A stretch of DNA of 64,000 nucleotides, taken from an uncultured Gammaproteobacteria bacterium (GTDB lineage Bacteria; Pseudomonadota; Gammaproteobacteria; UBA9214). Where the stretch lies: assembly GCA_963712695.1 (NCBI GenBank), contig CAVQJD010000025.1, forward strand, positions 5,289-69,288. The letters are read 5' to 3'. The position numbers were made by a program, and so were the translations under genes. Positions 11,387-22,568 of the stretch are shown here, one piece after another; the first letter of the stretch is position 1; every line of letters begins with the position of its first letter. The notes beneath the pieces are model-generated. The model was given only the letters and a program-made list of their open reading frames with translations, did not search any database and had not been told where the DNA came from.

Positions 11387-11689
11387 TCAGTGTGACAGCG
11401 GGAGAATCTCTTCCAGTCCGCAAATTCGGGCGATCGACATCAATTGTGCAGGCACGTTGACGAAGCTTATGCTGCAGCCTGTCCGTTCCGAGTCGCGCAG
11501 CCAGGCAAGCAGCAGTGCCAGGCCGGCGCTGTCCGCCCGGGTCACACCCTTCAGATCCACGCGGACCGCACCCGCCCCGGGCATTCGCCCCGTAGAGCGC
11601 GCCAGCACATCGGGTACAGTAAAGTAGTCCAGCTCCCCCTCCAGCAGCCAGTCTCCGTCACCCCGTTCTGTAAAACCTGCTCGCGGCAC
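11387..11689 (-). CDS. mlaB: STAS-domain protein of the Mla system
   Basis: [20 protein letters not shown]. Position in the mlaFEDCB operon. Confidence 0.85.
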   Translation of the reverse strand: MPRAGFTERGDGDWLLEGELDYFTVPDVLARSTGRMPGAGAVRVDLKGVTRADSAGLALLLAWLRDSERTGCSISFVNVPAQLMSIARICGLEEILPLSH

Positions 11690-11692
11690 GGC

Positions 11693-12316
11693 TCAGGACT
11701 TGTTTTTTTCGGCAAGCTGCTGGATCAGACTGTCCATTCCCTTGTCCCTGATGATAGTACCGAACGAGGAACGGTAGTTGGTCACCAGGCTGACGCCGCT
11801 GATGGCGACGTCATAGACCTTCCAGCCATCACGGCTCTTGTACATGGAATAGGAAATGGGGATGGTCGAACCGGCCTGCTCGATCTCGGTACGGACCGTG
11901 ACGGTGGAAGCGTTGAGATCACCCAGGAACGGGAGATAAACGATCTTTTCATCGGCATACTGGGACAGCGCCGTGCCGTAGGTATGCACCAGCAGCGCGC
12001 GGAACTGCTCGACAAAACCGGCACGCTGTGCCGGTGTTGCCGTGCGCCAGTTCTTGCCCAGCACCCACTGGCTCATACGCTCGAAATCGAAATACGGCAA
12101 AACAATGACGGAAACCAGGTCGTACAGGCGTGACGAGTCCCGCTTGATGGCATCACGCTCGTCATGCAGCGCCGCCAGCATGCGCGAAGAGGTATCCCGC
12201 ACCAGCTCCAGTGGTGTGATGTCGCTGCCCGCCCGCAATGTCGCCGGTATCCAGCTCAAGACCAGGATCAGCAACACCGCCTGCGGGCGTGTCCTGTTGA
12301 TTTTCGAGGTACGCAT
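11693..12316 (-). CDS. mlaC: Periplasmic phospholipid-binding protein MlaC/Ttg2D
   Basis: DFERMSQWVLGKNWR, WKVYDVAISGVSLVTNYRSSF. Confidence 0.92.
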   Translation of the reverse strand: MRTSKINRTRPQAVLLILVLSWIPATLRAGSDITPLELVRDTSSRMLAALHDERDAIKRDSSRLYDLVSVIVLPYFDFERMSQWVLGKNWRTATPAQRAGFVEQFRALLVHTYGTALSQYADEKIVYLPFLGDLNASTVTVRTEIEQAGSTIPISYSMYKSRDGWKVYDVAISGVSLVTNYRSSFGTIIRDKGMDSLIQQLAEKNKS

Positions 12317-12799
12317 TTACTTTGACTCAGACTCTTCCGGTGTTTTCGCCGCTGCATTGTATAGGAACTGGCCGATAATCTGCTCCATTACCAGCGCCGA
12401 CTGGGTCAGCTGGATACGGCTGCCATCGGTCAAATTGGTCATCGAGCCGCCCGGTTCCAGTGAGACATACTGCTCCCCCAGCAGGCCTGCGGTGAAGATA
12501 CTGGCCGAGGTATCTTCCGGAAACCCTTGATATTTCTCGTCTATTTTCATGGACACCACGGCCTCGAACGTTTTGAAATCGTAGCTGATGCCATCCACCC
12601 GCCCAACCCGCACGCCGGACACTGTCACCGGTGCGCGCACCTTGAGGCCGCCGATATTCTGGAAGCTGGCTGTGACCAGGTAGCCGTTGTCGTTGCCGAG
12701 CGTGCTGAGATTGCTGACCTGCATAGCCAGCATGAACAGGGCAGCCATTCCGCCGGCGACAAATAATCCGACACCTATTTCTACGGTTCTGGTGTTCAC
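12317..12799 (-). CDS. mlaD: MCE protein MlaD
   Basis: EIGVGLFV, FQNIGGLKVRAPV..SGV.VGRV, TAGLLGEQY. Confidence 0.94.
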   Translation of the reverse strand: MNTRTVEIGVGLFVAGGMAALFMLAMQVSNLSTLGNDNGYLVTASFQNIGGLKVRAPVTVSGVRVGRVDGISYDFKTFEAVVSMKIDEKYQGFPEDTSASIFTAGLLGEQYVSLEPGGSMTNLTDGSRIQLTQSALVMEQIIGQFLYNAAAKTPEESESK

Positions 12800-12802
12800 T
12801 CT

Positions 12803-13579
12803 CTAGTCTCCAAACATCAGTGCGGTCAGCACAAAATCCAGCCCGAGCACGGCCAGCGCCGTGTGCACTACCGTGCGGGTCGTCGCACCGCTGACGCCTT
12901 CCGCTGTCGGCACGGCATCGTAGCCCTCGAACAGCGCGATCCAGCCGGCGATAAAACCGAACACGATACTCTTGATAACACCGTTCATGATGTCGTCATA
13001 CAAATCCACCTTGGCCTGCATCTGCGACCAGAATGCACCGTCGTCCACGCCCAGCAGGCCGACACCGACGAAGTGCCCGCCGTAGACGCCGACGGCACTG
13101 AAGATGGCGGCCAGCAGTGGCATGCACAGGAATGCCGCCAGGAAGCGCGGCGCGATCACACGCTGCATCGGGTCTACCGCCATCATTTCCATGCCGGACA
13201 GCTGCTCGGTCGCCTTCATCAGGCCGATCTCGGCCGCCAGTGCCGAACCGGCACGCCCGGCAAACAGCAGGGCAGCAACCACCGGCCCCAGCTCACGCAC
13301 CAGTGACAGGGCGACCAGCACGCCGAGCGACTCCTCCGCGCCAAAATCGACCAGGGTATTATAGCCCTGCAGGCCCATCACCATACCCACGAACAGCCCG
13401 GAAACCACGATAATAACGAGGGTAAGGACACCTACCGAGTACATTTGTTTCACCACCAGCACCGGTCGCAGCAGCATGCCCGGCAGGCTGGTCAGTGTCT
13501 GCAGCAGAAACAGGTGCCCGCGCCCCAGACGCTGGAAAAAGTGCAGCGCCCGGCGACCCAGCTGCTGCAATGCATTCAT
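12803..13579 (-). CDS. mlaE: Mla ABC transporter permease
   Basis: [38 protein letters not shown]. Confidence 0.95.
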   Translation of the reverse strand: MNALQQLGRRALHFFQRLGRGHLFLLQTLTSLPGMLLRPVLVVKQMYSVGVLTLVIIVVSGLFVGMVMGLQGYNTLVDFGAEESLGVLVALSLVRELGPVVAALLFAGRAGSALAAEIGLMKATEQLSGMEMMAVDPMQRVIAPRFLAAFLCMPLLAAIFSAVGVYGGHFVGVGLLGVDDGAFWSQMQAKVDLYDDIMNGVIKSIVFGFIAGWIALFEGYDAVPTAEGVSGATTRTVVHTALAVLGLDFVLTALMFGD

Positions 13580-14385
13580 CAGGCGCGCCCTGCGCCGATC
13601 AGGTCATCCCGGAACCCCGGCGCGGGATAATGAAACGCCACCGGTCCGTCCGGCTCGCCATGCAGGAACTGGTGTGTCCACTCCGAGCCGGATTTCCACA
13701 ACTCGTCGGGCTTGCCATGGTCCATCACCCGTCCATCCGATAGCAGGTAGGCATAGTCGGCAATCGCAGTGGTCTCGCGTACATCGTGCGACACCACGAT
13801 GCTGGTCAGGCCCAGCGCATCATTCAGCTCGCGGATCAGCTTGACCAGGATGCCCATGGAGATGGGATCCTGACCGGTGAACGGCTCGTCGTACATCACG
13901 ATCGCCGGATCCAGTGCGATGGCGCGCGCCAGGGCGACCCGCCGCGCCATGCCGCCGGACAGCTCGCTGGGCATGAGCCCGGCCGCGCCGCGTAGTCCCA
14001 CCGCCTCGAGCTTCATCAGTACGAGATCACGCACCAGCTCTTCGGGCAGACGTGTGTGCTCACGGATCGGATAGGCAATATTCTCGAACACGTTGATATC
14101 CGTCAGCAGCGCGCCGCTCTGGAACAGCATGCCGATGCGCTTGCGCAAATGGTACAGTGCCGGCCGCTTGAGCGTCGGGACCTCCTGGCCCTGCACGCAA
14201 ATCGATCCGGACAGCGGCTTCAGCTGCCCGCCGATCAGTTTCAGCAACGTAGTCTTGCCGGTGCCGCTCGGCCCCATGATGGCCGTGACCGTACCTGGCT
14301 GGATGTCTAGATCCACACCATCAAATATCATCCGCGAACCACGCGCAAAGCGCAGGCCGCGTATCTGGACAACAGTCTCCGGCAT
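13579..14385 (-). CDS. mlaF: Mla ABC transporter ATPase
   Basis: [38 protein letters not shown]. Confidence 0.95.
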   Translation of the reverse strand: MPETVVQIRGLRFARGSRMIFDGVDLDIQPGTVTAIMGPSGTGKTTLLKLIGGQLKPLSGSICVQGQEVPTLKRPALYHLRKRIGMLFQSGALLTDINVFENIAYPIREHTRLPEELVRDLVLMKLEAVGLRGAAGLMPSELSGGMARRVALARAIALDPAIVMYDEPFTGQDPISMGILVKLIRELNDALGLTSIVVSHDVRETTAIADYAYLLSDGRVMDHGKPDELWKSGSEWTHQFLHGEPDGPVAFHYPAPGFRDDLIGAGRA

Positions 14386-14615
14386 GACTTCTTTTCCGCA
14401 CGTGTTGAATAGACGATTATCGCGAACAGGCAGGTTACCGTATTACAAGCCGGAATTTTACCGACTCATAACCACGTGTATCATATCGGAATGAAAATCC
14501 GGAACCTGCCTGATGAAGCGCGCATTATCCTACCCCGCACGAGGTGCCCGCAAGCAGAATCCGCAGCGGGCCGCCAAAACGGGAGATCAGCCACCACACA
14601 ACCCGACCGACACGC

Positions 14616-15584
14616 ATGTGGACTGAACTACTGGCCCTCGCCGCCGGTTTTGCATTACTGACCTGGAGCGCGGCCCGTTTCGTTGAGGGCGCGAGCGCGA
14701 TCGCCTGGCACCTGGACATCCCGCCACTGGTAATCGGACTCACCGTCGTCAGCCTCGGCACCTCGGCACCTGAAATCGTCTTTTCCGGCATCGCCGCGTG
14801 GCAAGGCAACACCGGGCTGGCCGTTGGCAATGTCATCGGCTCGAATATCGTCAATACCAGCCTGATTCTCGGCACCGGGGCCCTGATCAAGCCACTCAGT
14901 GTACATTCAAGCCTTATTCACCGCGAACTGCCGGTGATGGTGCTGGTAATGGGTCTGGCCTTTGCACTGCTCATCGACCACAACCTGGGACGCCTCGACG
15001 GCGCCCTGCTGCTGTGCGGGATGGCCGCTGTTCTGTACTGGATTATCCGGGTCGGCATCAGGACTCAGGCGTCACGGGACCCGATAGTCAGGGAATATGC
15101 GCAGGAACGTCCCACCGGTCTCGATATTGGTCAGGCAACACTGCGCCTGGTTATTGGTTTACTGCTGCTGCTGGCGAGTTCGCGGCTGCTGGTCTGGAGC
15201 GCGTCATCGATTGCAACTACGCTCGGTGTCAGCGATCTCGTCATCGGCCTCACCATCGTTGCGCTCGGTACCAGCTTGCCGGAACTGGCTGCCACCCTCA
15301 TGAGTGTAATAAAAAACGAACATGATATTGCACTCGGCAACATCATCGGTTCGAATATCTTCAACCTGCTGGCTGTGCTTGGAATGCCCGGCCTGATCCG
15401 GCCGGGTCCGATCGACCCCGCAGTTCTCACGCGCGACTATCCTGCCATGATCGGGATGACGCTCGCGATGTTCTTCATGGCATACGGTTTTCGCAGGCCG
15501 GGGCGGCTGAACCGTATCGAGGGCGCCCTGCTGGTGCTTTGCTATGGCGCCTACCAGACCCTGTTATACTTTGCCGAGACCTGA
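14616..15584 (+). CDS. yrbG: Calcium/sodium antiporter (YrbG family)
   Basis: Two alpha-repeats (GTSAPE..GNVIGSN and GTSLPE..GNIIGSNIFN). Context mlaF-yrbG-kdsD. Confidence 0.88.
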   Translation: MWTELLALAAGFALLTWSAARFVEGASAIAWHLDIPPLVIGLTVVSLGTSAPEIVFSGIAAWQGNTGLAVGNVIGSNIVNTSLILGTGALIKPLSVHSSLIHRELPVMVLVMGLAFALLIDHNLGRLDGALLLCGMAAVLYWIIRVGIRTQASRDPIVREYAQERPTGLDIGQATLRLVIGLLLLLASSRLLVWSASSIATTLGVSDLVIGLTIVALGTSLPELAATLMSVIKNEHDIALGNIIGSNIFNLLAVLGMPGLIRPGPIDPAVLTRDYPAMIGMTLAMFFMAYGFRRPGRLNRIEGALLVLCYGAYQTLLYFAET

Positions 15585-15610
15585 CGACGCGAACCCGCTA
15601 CCATTCCGAC

Positions 15611-16585
15611 ATGAACGACAGAACCCTGCAGGAACTCGCCCTTGCGGTCATCGACACCGAGGCGCGCGCCGTCAGCCGGCTGGCTGAGGAAATCCGCAAG
15701 CCCTCATTCGCGCAGGCCTGCCACCTGATGCTGGACTGCCGCGGGCGCGTGGTAGTCATCGGCATGGGCAAGTCCGGCCATATAAGCGGCAAGATTGCCG
15801 CGACCCTGGCAAGTACCGGAACCCCTGCCTTCTTCGTGCACCCGGGCGAGGCCAGCCACGGCGACCTCGGCATGATCACGGCGGCCGACGTGGTGCTGGC
15901 GCTGTCCAATTCCGGGGAGACCGCCGAAATCATCACCATCCTGCCGATCATCAAGCGCCTGAAAGTGCCGCTGATCGCCATGACCGGCAATCCGCAATCA
16001 ACCCTGGCGCTGGCCGCCACCGCCAGCATCAACGTCAGTGTGGAAAAGGAGGCCTGCCCGCTCGGCCTTGCGCCAACCGCCAGCACCACGGCCGCACTGG
16101 CCATGGGTGACGCACTCGCGATCGCACTGCTGGAAACCCGCGGCTTCACCGAGGAAGACTTCGCACGATCCCACCCGGGTGGTGCTCTGGGTCGGCGTCT
16201 GCTGCTGCTGATCGATGACCTGATGCACACCGGCGACGCCATTCCGCACGTGACACCGGACACCCTGCTCAGCGACGCACTGGTGGAAATGACCCGCAAG
16301 GGCCTGGGCATGACGGCGGTGGTCGATGCCGACGGCAAGCTGGCAGGTGTATTCACCGATGGCGACCTGCGTCGCACCATCGATCACCGCATCGACCTGC
16401 GTAGCGCCCGTGTACAGGACGTGATGACTGTAAATTGCAAGACCGTGCATCCCGGCATGCTTGCCGCGGAAGCACTGCAGATCATGGATGCCACCAAAAT
16501 CAATGCCCTGCCAGTGGTCAACGCCGATAATAAACTCATCGGCGCGCTCAACATGCACGACCTGCTGCGCGCCGGCGTGGTATAA
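15611..16585 (+). CDS. kdsD: Arabinose-5-phosphate isomerase (SIS domain plus CBS pair)
   Basis: GMGKSGHI, HPGEASHGDLG, EACPLGLAPTAST, HPGGALG, HDLLRAGVV. Confidence 0.95.
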   Translation: MNDRTLQELALAVIDTEARAVSRLAEEIRKPSFAQACHLMLDCRGRVVVIGMGKSGHISGKIAATLASTGTPAFFVHPGEASHGDLGMITAADVVLALSNSGETAEIITILPIIKRLKVPLIAMTGNPQSTLALAATASINVSVEKEACPLGLAPTASTTAALAMGDALAIALLETRGFTEEDFARSHPGGALGRRLLLLIDDLMHTGDAIPHVTPDTLLSDALVEMTRKGLGMTAVVDADGKLAGVFTDGDLRRTIDHRIDLRSARVQDVMTVNCKTVHPGMLAAEALQIMDATKINALPVVNADNKLIGALNMHDLLRAGVV

Positions 16586-16596
16586 ATGCATACATT

Positions 16597-17118
16597 ATGA
16601 AAGACATACTCGAGAAGGCCAAACGTATCCGACTGGTGATCTTCGATGTAGACGGCGTGCTCACCGATGGCAGTCTGTTCATCGGCGATGACGGGCAGGA
16701 ATACAAGGCGTTCAACTCGCGCGATGGCCACGGCATCAAGATGCTCCAGAAACACGGTGTCATCGTCGGCATCATCACCGGCCGCACCTCAAAGGTCGTC
16801 GAGCACCGCATGGCGAGCCTGGACATCACACATGTCTACCAGGGCAAGCTCCAGAAGCTGCCGGCGTTCGAGGAACTGATCGACAAGCTCGGCATCAGCG
16901 CGCAGGAAACCGCCTACGTCGGCGATGATGTGGTCGACCTGCCGGTTATGCGCCGCGTCGGACTGGCGATCGCCGTGCAGGACGCGCATCCACTGGTCGT
17001 CCGCCACAGTCACTGGCAGACGCCCAGCAGCGGTGGCCGCGGTGCGGCACGTGATGTTTGCGAAATGCTGATGGAGGCGCGCGGCGTGCTCAGACAGGAA
17101 CTGGACAGCTACCTGTGA
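16597..17118 (+). CDS. kdsC: KDO-8-phosphate phosphatase
   Basis: FDVDGVLTDG, RDGHGIK, ITGR, GDDVVD, GGRGAARDVC. Confidence 0.95.
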   Translation: MKDILEKAKRIRLVIFDVDGVLTDGSLFIGDDGQEYKAFNSRDGHGIKMLQKHGVIVGIITGRTSKVVEHRMASLDITHVYQGKLQKLPAFEELIDKLGISAQETAYVGDDVVDLPVMRRVGLAIAVQDAHPLVVRHSHWQTPSSGGRGAARDVCEMLMEARGVLRQELDSYL

Positions 17119-17675
17119 GTACGAATCAGAAGGTCATTGTGCTGATACTGCTGCTGGTCATGGCTTCCAGCTGGTTCTTCCGCAAGCAGGAATTCACCGA
17201 CAACAGCGTGGCCATAACCGCGGGTGGTCCGGATGCCTACGCGGATAACGTCACCATCCGGGTTATGGACGCAGCCGGCAATCCCGTCTATCACCTGCGC
17301 GCCGCACATATTGCCTGGTACCAGAACAGTGACCAGCTGGCGCTACGCCAGCCGCAACTCGATGTCACACATCCCGACAGCTCGTTGTGGCAGCTGAATG
17401 CAGAACAGGGGCGCACCGGCAGTGCAGGCGCTCCGGTATCTCTGTCAGGGCAGGTTATTATTCAGCGACTTGCAACAACTACACAGAGTTTGCTGAAGAT
17501 CACGACAGCCGCCGTGACGGTCAGACCGGACGCCCGGACGGCGCACACTGAACAGGCGGCCTCGATAGAGAGCGACGGTTATCACTACGAAACGCAGGGA
17601 CTTACGGCAAATTTCATCAACAACCGGCTGGAACTGCATTCACAGGTGCGGGGGCATATCGATGGCAGCAGCTAG
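17115..17675 (+). CDS. lptC: LPS export protein LptC
   Basis: GTG start overlapping the kdsC stop, N-terminal TM, beta-rich body, LELHSQVRG. Position before lptA. Confidence 0.85.
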   Translation: MSTNQKVIVLILLLVMASSWFFRKQEFTDNSVAITAGGPDAYADNVTIRVMDAAGNPVYHLRAAHIAWYQNSDQLALRQPQLDVTHPDSSLWQLNAEQGRTGSAGAPVSLSGQVIIQRLATTTQSLLKITTAAVTVRPDARTAHTEQAASIESDGYHYETQGLTANFINNRLELHSQVRGHIDGSS

Positions 17676-18243
17676 ACTGTCCGTGCGCGGACTACTCAGC
17701 ACGGCCGGCTGGCTGCTGATGCTGGCGCCCTGCCTGGCCTGGGGCCTGAGCAGCGACCGGGACCAGCCCATCCAGATCGAGGCAGACCGGGTCTTGCTGG
17801 ACGAGAAAGCGGGCCTGAGCGTGTACGAGGGTAATATCTTCATGCAACAGGGGTCGCTGACGATGCATGGCAGCCGGATGCGCGTGCAGCTTCGCGACAA
17901 CCAGGTCGAGAGCATCACCATCGACGGCAAGCCGGCCACCTTTTCGCAACGACCGGACGGTGCCGAGTCCGACCAGCATGCCGAGGCCGACCACATCGAG
18001 TACCACACCGGTGACCAGCGCCTCATTCTGCAGGGCAATGCGCTGATTCGCCAGTCAGACAAGGAGCAGTTCAGCAGCAACCGCATTATCCTCAATCTGC
18101 GCGACAACACGGTCAGTGCCGGCGACAACAGCATGGGCAGTCGCGTTCGAATCACGTTGCAGCCCGACACCGTGCCAGCCATCGAACCTGAAGACAAGCC
18201 GCGTGACGCTCCAGCCGACAGCCGCCCGGATGCAGCGGAATGA
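17662..18243 (+). CDS. lptA: LPS transport periplasmic protein LptA
   Basis: Signal peptide, [30 protein letters not shown]. Confidence 0.92.
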   Translation: MAAARLSVRGLLSTAGWLLMLAPCLAWGLSSDRDQPIQIEADRVLLDEKAGLSVYEGNIFMQQGSLTMHGSRMRVQLRDNQVESITIDGKPATFSQRPDGAESDQHAEADHIEYHTGDQRLILQGNALIRQSDKEQFSSNRIILNLRDNTVSAGDNSMGSRVRITLQPDTVPAIEPEDKPRDAPADSRPDAAE

Positions 18244-18965
18244 GCCAGCTGCAGACCTTCAATCTGGGCAAGACTTACCAGTCCCGGCGTGTTGTCGATG
18301 AGGTATCCATTAACGTCAACAGCGGCCAGGTGATCGGTCTGCTGGGCCCGAATGGCGCCGGCAAGACCACCTGCTTTTACATGATTGTGGGCATCATCCC
18401 CTGCAGCGAGGGCCGGATTGAGCTGGACGGGATCGACCTGACCGGGCAGCCCATGCATGTGCGTGCGCGCCACGGGCTGGGCTATCTGCCGCAGGAGGCC
18501 TCCGTATTCAGAAAGCTCTCGGTCGCGGAAAATATCATGTCGATACTCGAGATCCGCAAGGATCTTGATTCCCGTGAGCGACGCGAACGGCTGGAGTCGT
18601 TGCTGCACGAGCTGCACATCGGTCATCTTGCCGATCAGCCTGGCATCAGTTTGTCCGGCGGCGAAAGACGCCGTGTCGAGATCGCACGCGCCCTTGCCGC
18701 TAACCCGCGCTTTATCCTGCTGGACGAACCGTTCGCGGGCGTCGACCCGATTTCAGTCATCGACATCCAGCATATCATCGAGCATCTGTGCAGCCGCGAC
18801 ATCGGCGTACTGATTACCGACCACAATGTGCGCGAGACACTCGGCATCTGCGACCAGGCCTACATCCTCAGCGAGGGCCGCGTCATCGCCGCCGGCAGCC
18901 CGCAGAGCGTACTGGCGGACCAGCGTGTCCGCGAGGTATACCTCGGGTCCGAATTCAGGCTCTAG
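18240..18965 (+). CDS. lptB: LPS export ABC ATPase LptB
   Basis: [46 protein letters not shown]. Confidence 0.97.
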   Translation: MSQLQTFNLGKTYQSRRVVDEVSINVNSGQVIGLLGPNGAGKTTCFYMIVGIIPCSEGRIELDGIDLTGQPMHVRARHGLGYLPQEASVFRKLSVAENIMSILEIRKDLDSRERRERLESLLHELHIGHLADQPGISLSGGERRRVEIARALAANPRFILLDEPFAGVDPISVIDIQHIIEHLCSRDIGVLITDHNVRETLGICDQAYILSEGRVIAAGSPQSVLADQRVREVYLGSEFRL

Positions 18966-19066
18966 GCGCCTGCTGTCGTGACGCTGTAAACAGCGCATCC
19001 CCACCTGACATCCAGGCCTGTCTGACACGTGTGTCAGGTCAGGCACTGAACAGGATATTGCCGGCA

Positions 19067-19082
19067 TGGCATGAATCATGCA
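19067..19082 (+). promoter_or_regulatory. Candidate sigma54 (-24/-12) site upstream of rpoN
   Basis: TGGCATGAATCATGCA has correct GG-N10-GC spacing against TGGCAC-N5-TTGCW. TATACT follows at 19084. Confidence 0.5.
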
Positions 19083-19291
19083 CTATACTAACCTTACGTA
19101 TACTGGCATCTTGCACCGGCATGATAAGACCGACGCTCGCTGTATGGCCCCAGGCCCCGCAGCGCCAGCATATTCAGCAGGTTGTAAATTTTTTCTAGGC
19201 ACCATCCAGCGGGGCGGAATCAGGAGATTATCCGGTTCCGGGACGGAAACAATTCTAGGCATGTAACAGACGAGCATAAGCCTGAACATCC

Positions 19292-20740
19292 ATGAAGCAG
19301 TCGCTGCAACTCAAACTCGGCCAGAACCTGACCATGACACCCCAGCTGCAGCAGGCCATTCGCCTGCTGCAGTTGTCCACACTGGAGCTGCAAAGCGAGG
19401 TGCAAATGGTGCTGGATTCCAACCCGCTGCTGGAACAGGACGAAGGCAGCGCCATCGAGGTTCACGAACCGGCTCCAGAGATCAACGGCAGCGAGCACGA
19501 GAGCACGCTGACCGCAGGGGGCGATAGCGACAATATTCCCGAAGAACTGCCGGTCGACAGCAATTGGGAAGATGTGTTTGATACCGGCGCAACCAGCTTC
19601 AGCGCTCCCGATACTGGCGGACGCGACATGCTGGAGACGATTACGGTCAGCGGCGAAAACCTGCAGGATCACCTCATCTGGCAGGTGGAAATGACCAATC
19701 TGTCAGCAACCGACCGGCTTATAGCCGATACCATCATCGACGCGATTGACGAGGATGGCTACCTTACCATCAGCACGGAAGACATCCGCAGGTCACTGGG
19801 CGACGATATCGAGGTGGAAGCAGACGAGATCGAGGCGGTTATCCATCGCATCCAGCAACTCGATCCGATCGGTATCTGCGCACGCGACCTGCAGGAAAGC
19901 CTGCTGCTCCAGCTGCAGCAGTTTGACAAGGGCACGCCCTGGCTCAGGCAGGCGCAGGTCATCTTACGGGAGCACTTCAGCCTGCTCTGCAACCGCGATT
20001 ACAGCCGTATCTGCAGCAAGATGAAACTGGATAATGAAGAGCTGCAACATGCCATTGACCTGATCCAGTCCCTGAACCCGCGCCCCGGTTCCACATACAA
20101 CACCACCGAACCCGAGTTCATCATCCCCGATGTGTATGTCTTCAAGAAGGATGGCCGCTGGCAGGTGGAACTGAACCCAGACTCGATGCCGAAACTGCGC
20201 ATCAACTCGATGTACGCGAACATGATCAAGCGCGGCAGCAACAGCAGGGAAAACAATTACCTGAGAGACAACCTGCAGGAGGCGCGCTGGTTCCTGAAAA
20301 GCCTGCAGAGCCGTCACGAAACGCTGCTGAAGGTCGCCAGCTGTATCGTAGAGCGCCAGCAAGGTTTTCTTGACGATGGCGAAGAGGCGATGCGGCCAAT
20401 GGTGCTGCGCAGCATTGCCGAGGCTATCGAAATGCATGAGTCGACCGTGTCGCGCGTCACTACACGCAAGTACATGCATACACCTCGCGGCATTTACGAA
20501 TTCAAGTATTTCTTCTCCAGCCATGTATCAACAGACACGGGCGGCGAATGTTCGGCGACCGCAATCCGGGCCATCATCAAGAAGCTGGTTGCTGCCGAAA
20601 ACCCGGCGAAACCCCTCAGTGACAGCAAAATGGCCATGGTACTGGCCGACCAGGGGATTAATGTTGCGCGTCGCACCATTGCCAAGTACCGGGAATCACT
20701 CTCGATTTCACCATCCAATGAACGCAAACGCCTCTCATAG
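19292..20740 (+). CDS. rpoN: RNA polymerase sigma-54 factor
   Basis: MTPQLQQAIRLLQLS, HESTVSRVT, RpoN box ARRTIAKYRE. Confidence 0.98.
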   Translation: MKQSLQLKLGQNLTMTPQLQQAIRLLQLSTLELQSEVQMVLDSNPLLEQDEGSAIEVHEPAPEINGSEHESTLTAGGDSDNIPEELPVDSNWEDVFDTGATSFSAPDTGGRDMLETITVSGENLQDHLIWQVEMTNLSATDRLIADTIIDAIDEDGYLTISTEDIRRSLGDDIEVEADEIEAVIHRIQQLDPIGICARDLQESLLLQLQQFDKGTPWLRQAQVILREHFSLLCNRDYSRICSKMKLDNEELQHAIDLIQSLNPRPGSTYNTTEPEFIIPDVYVFKKDGRWQVELNPDSMPKLRINSMYANMIKRGSNSRENNYLRDNLQEARWFLKSLQSRHETLLKVASCIVERQQGFLDDGEEAMRPMVLRSIAEAIEMHESTVSRVTTRKYMHTPRGIYEFKYFFSSHVSTDTGGECSATAIRAIIKKLVAAENPAKPLSDSKMAMVLADQGINVARRTIAKYRESLSISPSNERKRLS

Positions 20741-20766
20741 GCCTCACCAGAAAAAGGAGTGCTGTT

Positions 20767-21087
20767 ATGCAAATCAGCCTGACCGGAAATCACGTCGAAC
20801 TGACCGAACCGCTGCGGGAATATGTCAATGCCAAGATGGAGCGTCTGGAACGTCATTTTGATATCGTGCACGACATCCACGTGGTGCTGAGCGTGGAGAA
20901 ACTGCGCCACAAGGCAGAAGCAACCGTGCACATCAACGGCAATAACCTGTTTGCCGACTCTGTGCAGGAAGACATGTACGCAGCCATCGATGCCCTGACC
21001 GACAAGCTCGACCGCCAGGTGAAAAAGCACAAGGAAAAGATGACCGACCACCACCGCAGCGAAGGATCAATAGCGAAAGACCTCTAG
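20767..21087 (+). CDS. hpf: Ribosome hibernation promoting factor (short HPF)
   Basis: MQISLTGNHVELTEPLREYV, DMYAAIDALTDKLDRQV. AAGGAG RBS. Confidence 0.93.
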   Translation: MQISLTGNHVELTEPLREYVNAKMERLERHFDIVHDIHVVLSVEKLRHKAEATVHINGNNLFADSVQEDMYAAIDALTDKLDRQVKKHKEKMTDHHRSEGSIAKDL

Positions 21088-21149
21088 AACCGGCGCATGT
21101 GCGGTCAACTGCCAGGCATACAAATTGCTTCAGATACTTTCTGCCAACC

Positions 21150-21620
21150 ATGAATATTACCCGTTTACTTTCCCCTGAACGCGTCGTCTGCGGTGATGAC
21201 ATCGCAAGCAAGAAGCGCCTGCTGGAACAACTCAGCGAACTGCTCGGCAAGAGTTCGCTGCACCTGTCGCAGCAGACCATTTTCAACGCGCTGGTCAACC
21301 GCGAAAAACTCGGCAGTACCGGTCTCGGCAAGGGTGTTGCCATTCCGCACGGCCGCATGCCCGCACTGGTGGAACCGGTGTGTGCCTTCATCAAGGTCAA
21401 TACACCCGTTGATTTCGATGCCTCCGACCATCAGCCCGTGGATCTGGTGTTTTGCCTGCTGGTCCCGGAAGACTCTACCGAAGAGCACCTGCAGGTACTG
21501 TCGACCATCGCCGAGATTTTCAGCAACGAGTCCGTATGCAGTGCACTGCGCGAGTGCAGCAGCGGGGAATGCATTCTCGCGCAACTCTACCAGTGGGAGA
21601 GCCAGCGCATATCCGCATGA
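21150..21620 (+). CDS. ptsN: PTS IIA-like nitrogen regulatory protein
   Basis: SKKRLLE, REKLGSTGLGKGVAIPHGR, PVDLVF, HLQVLS. Confidence 0.9.
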   Translation: MNITRLLSPERVVCGDDIASKKRLLEQLSELLGKSSLHLSQQTIFNALVNREKLGSTGLGKGVAIPHGRMPALVEPVCAFIKVNTPVDFDASDHQPVDLVFCLLVPEDSTEEHLQVLSTIAEIFSNESVCSALRECSSGECILAQLYQWESQRISA

Positions 21621-22561
21621 GTACAACGCTTGATATCGGGACGTTGTTCGATGACCTGGAAGAAAAACTCGGGCTGAACTGGATTTGCGGCTCGCAGCTC
21701 GTACTCAAGGAGATTTATAACAGCAAGGAGCATGGCACCGAGGTTTCACTGGTGGGACAGCTCAACCTCATCAACCCGCACCGCGTTCAGGTTCTGGGCA
21801 GGAAGGAGCTGGAGTATTTCGACAAGCTGAAGAAGAACTCGCGCAAGGACGCAATAGCACAGCTGTTCTCCGGAGAGTCGGCACTGATAGTCCTTGCCAG
21901 CCGGCTGAACGTCCCCGACGATATCAAGGCCGCCGCAATTGCCGCGCAGACTCCGCTGCTCTCTACGCACCTGAAAAGCCAGGAAGCCATCGAGAACCTG
22001 CAATACTTCCTGACCAGCCACTTCGCCGAAAAGATCACCCTGCATGGCGTGTTTATGGAGGTTATGGGCACAGGTGTGCTGATTACGGGCGATTCCAGCA
22101 TCGGCAAGAGCGAGCTTGCACTGGAGCTGCTGACGCGCGGACACCGCCTGATCGCCGACGACGCACCTGAATTCGCACGCGTCGCACCGGACACACTGAT
22201 CGGAACCTGCCCGGAGATGCTGCGCGAGTTTCTCGAGGTGCGCGGGCTCGGCATCCTCAACGTGCGTGCCATGTTTGGTGCGAGCGCAATCAAACAGAAC
22301 CGCAACCTGCGGCTCATTATCCGTCTGCAGGACATGGAAGAGGCGTCAAAAATGGACCGTCTGCATGGCAGCCGGCATATTCGAAATATCCAGGATGTTG
22401 ACATACCTGAAGTCACACTGCCGGTCGGCCCGGGCAGAAACCTGTCGGTACTGGTTGAGGCAGCGGTGCGCAACCACATCCTGATCAGCAAGGGCTACGA
22501 CGCCAGCGAAGCCTTCATCGATCGGCAGAAAAAGCGCCTGGAAAAAGCGCACGAAGCCTAG
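21617..22561 (+). CDS. hprK: HPr(Ser) kinase/phosphorylase
   Basis: LHGVFMEV, GDSSIGKSELALEL..RGHRLIADD, LEVRGLGI, PVGPGRNL. Confidence 0.95.
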   Translation: MSTTLDIGTLFDDLEEKLGLNWICGSQLVLKEIYNSKEHGTEVSLVGQLNLINPHRVQVLGRKELEYFDKLKKNSRKDAIAQLFSGESALIVLASRLNVPDDIKAAAIAAQTPLLSTHLKSQEAIENLQYFLTSHFAEKITLHGVFMEVMGTGVLITGDSSIGKSELALELLTRGHRLIADDAPEFARVAPDTLIGTCPEMLREFLEVRGLGILNVRAMFGASAIKQNRNLRLIIRLQDMEEASKMDRLHGSRHIRNIQDVDIPEVTLPVGPGRNLSVLVEAAVRNHILISKGYDASEAFIDRQKKRLEKAHEA

Positions 22562-22568
22562 ATAACGC

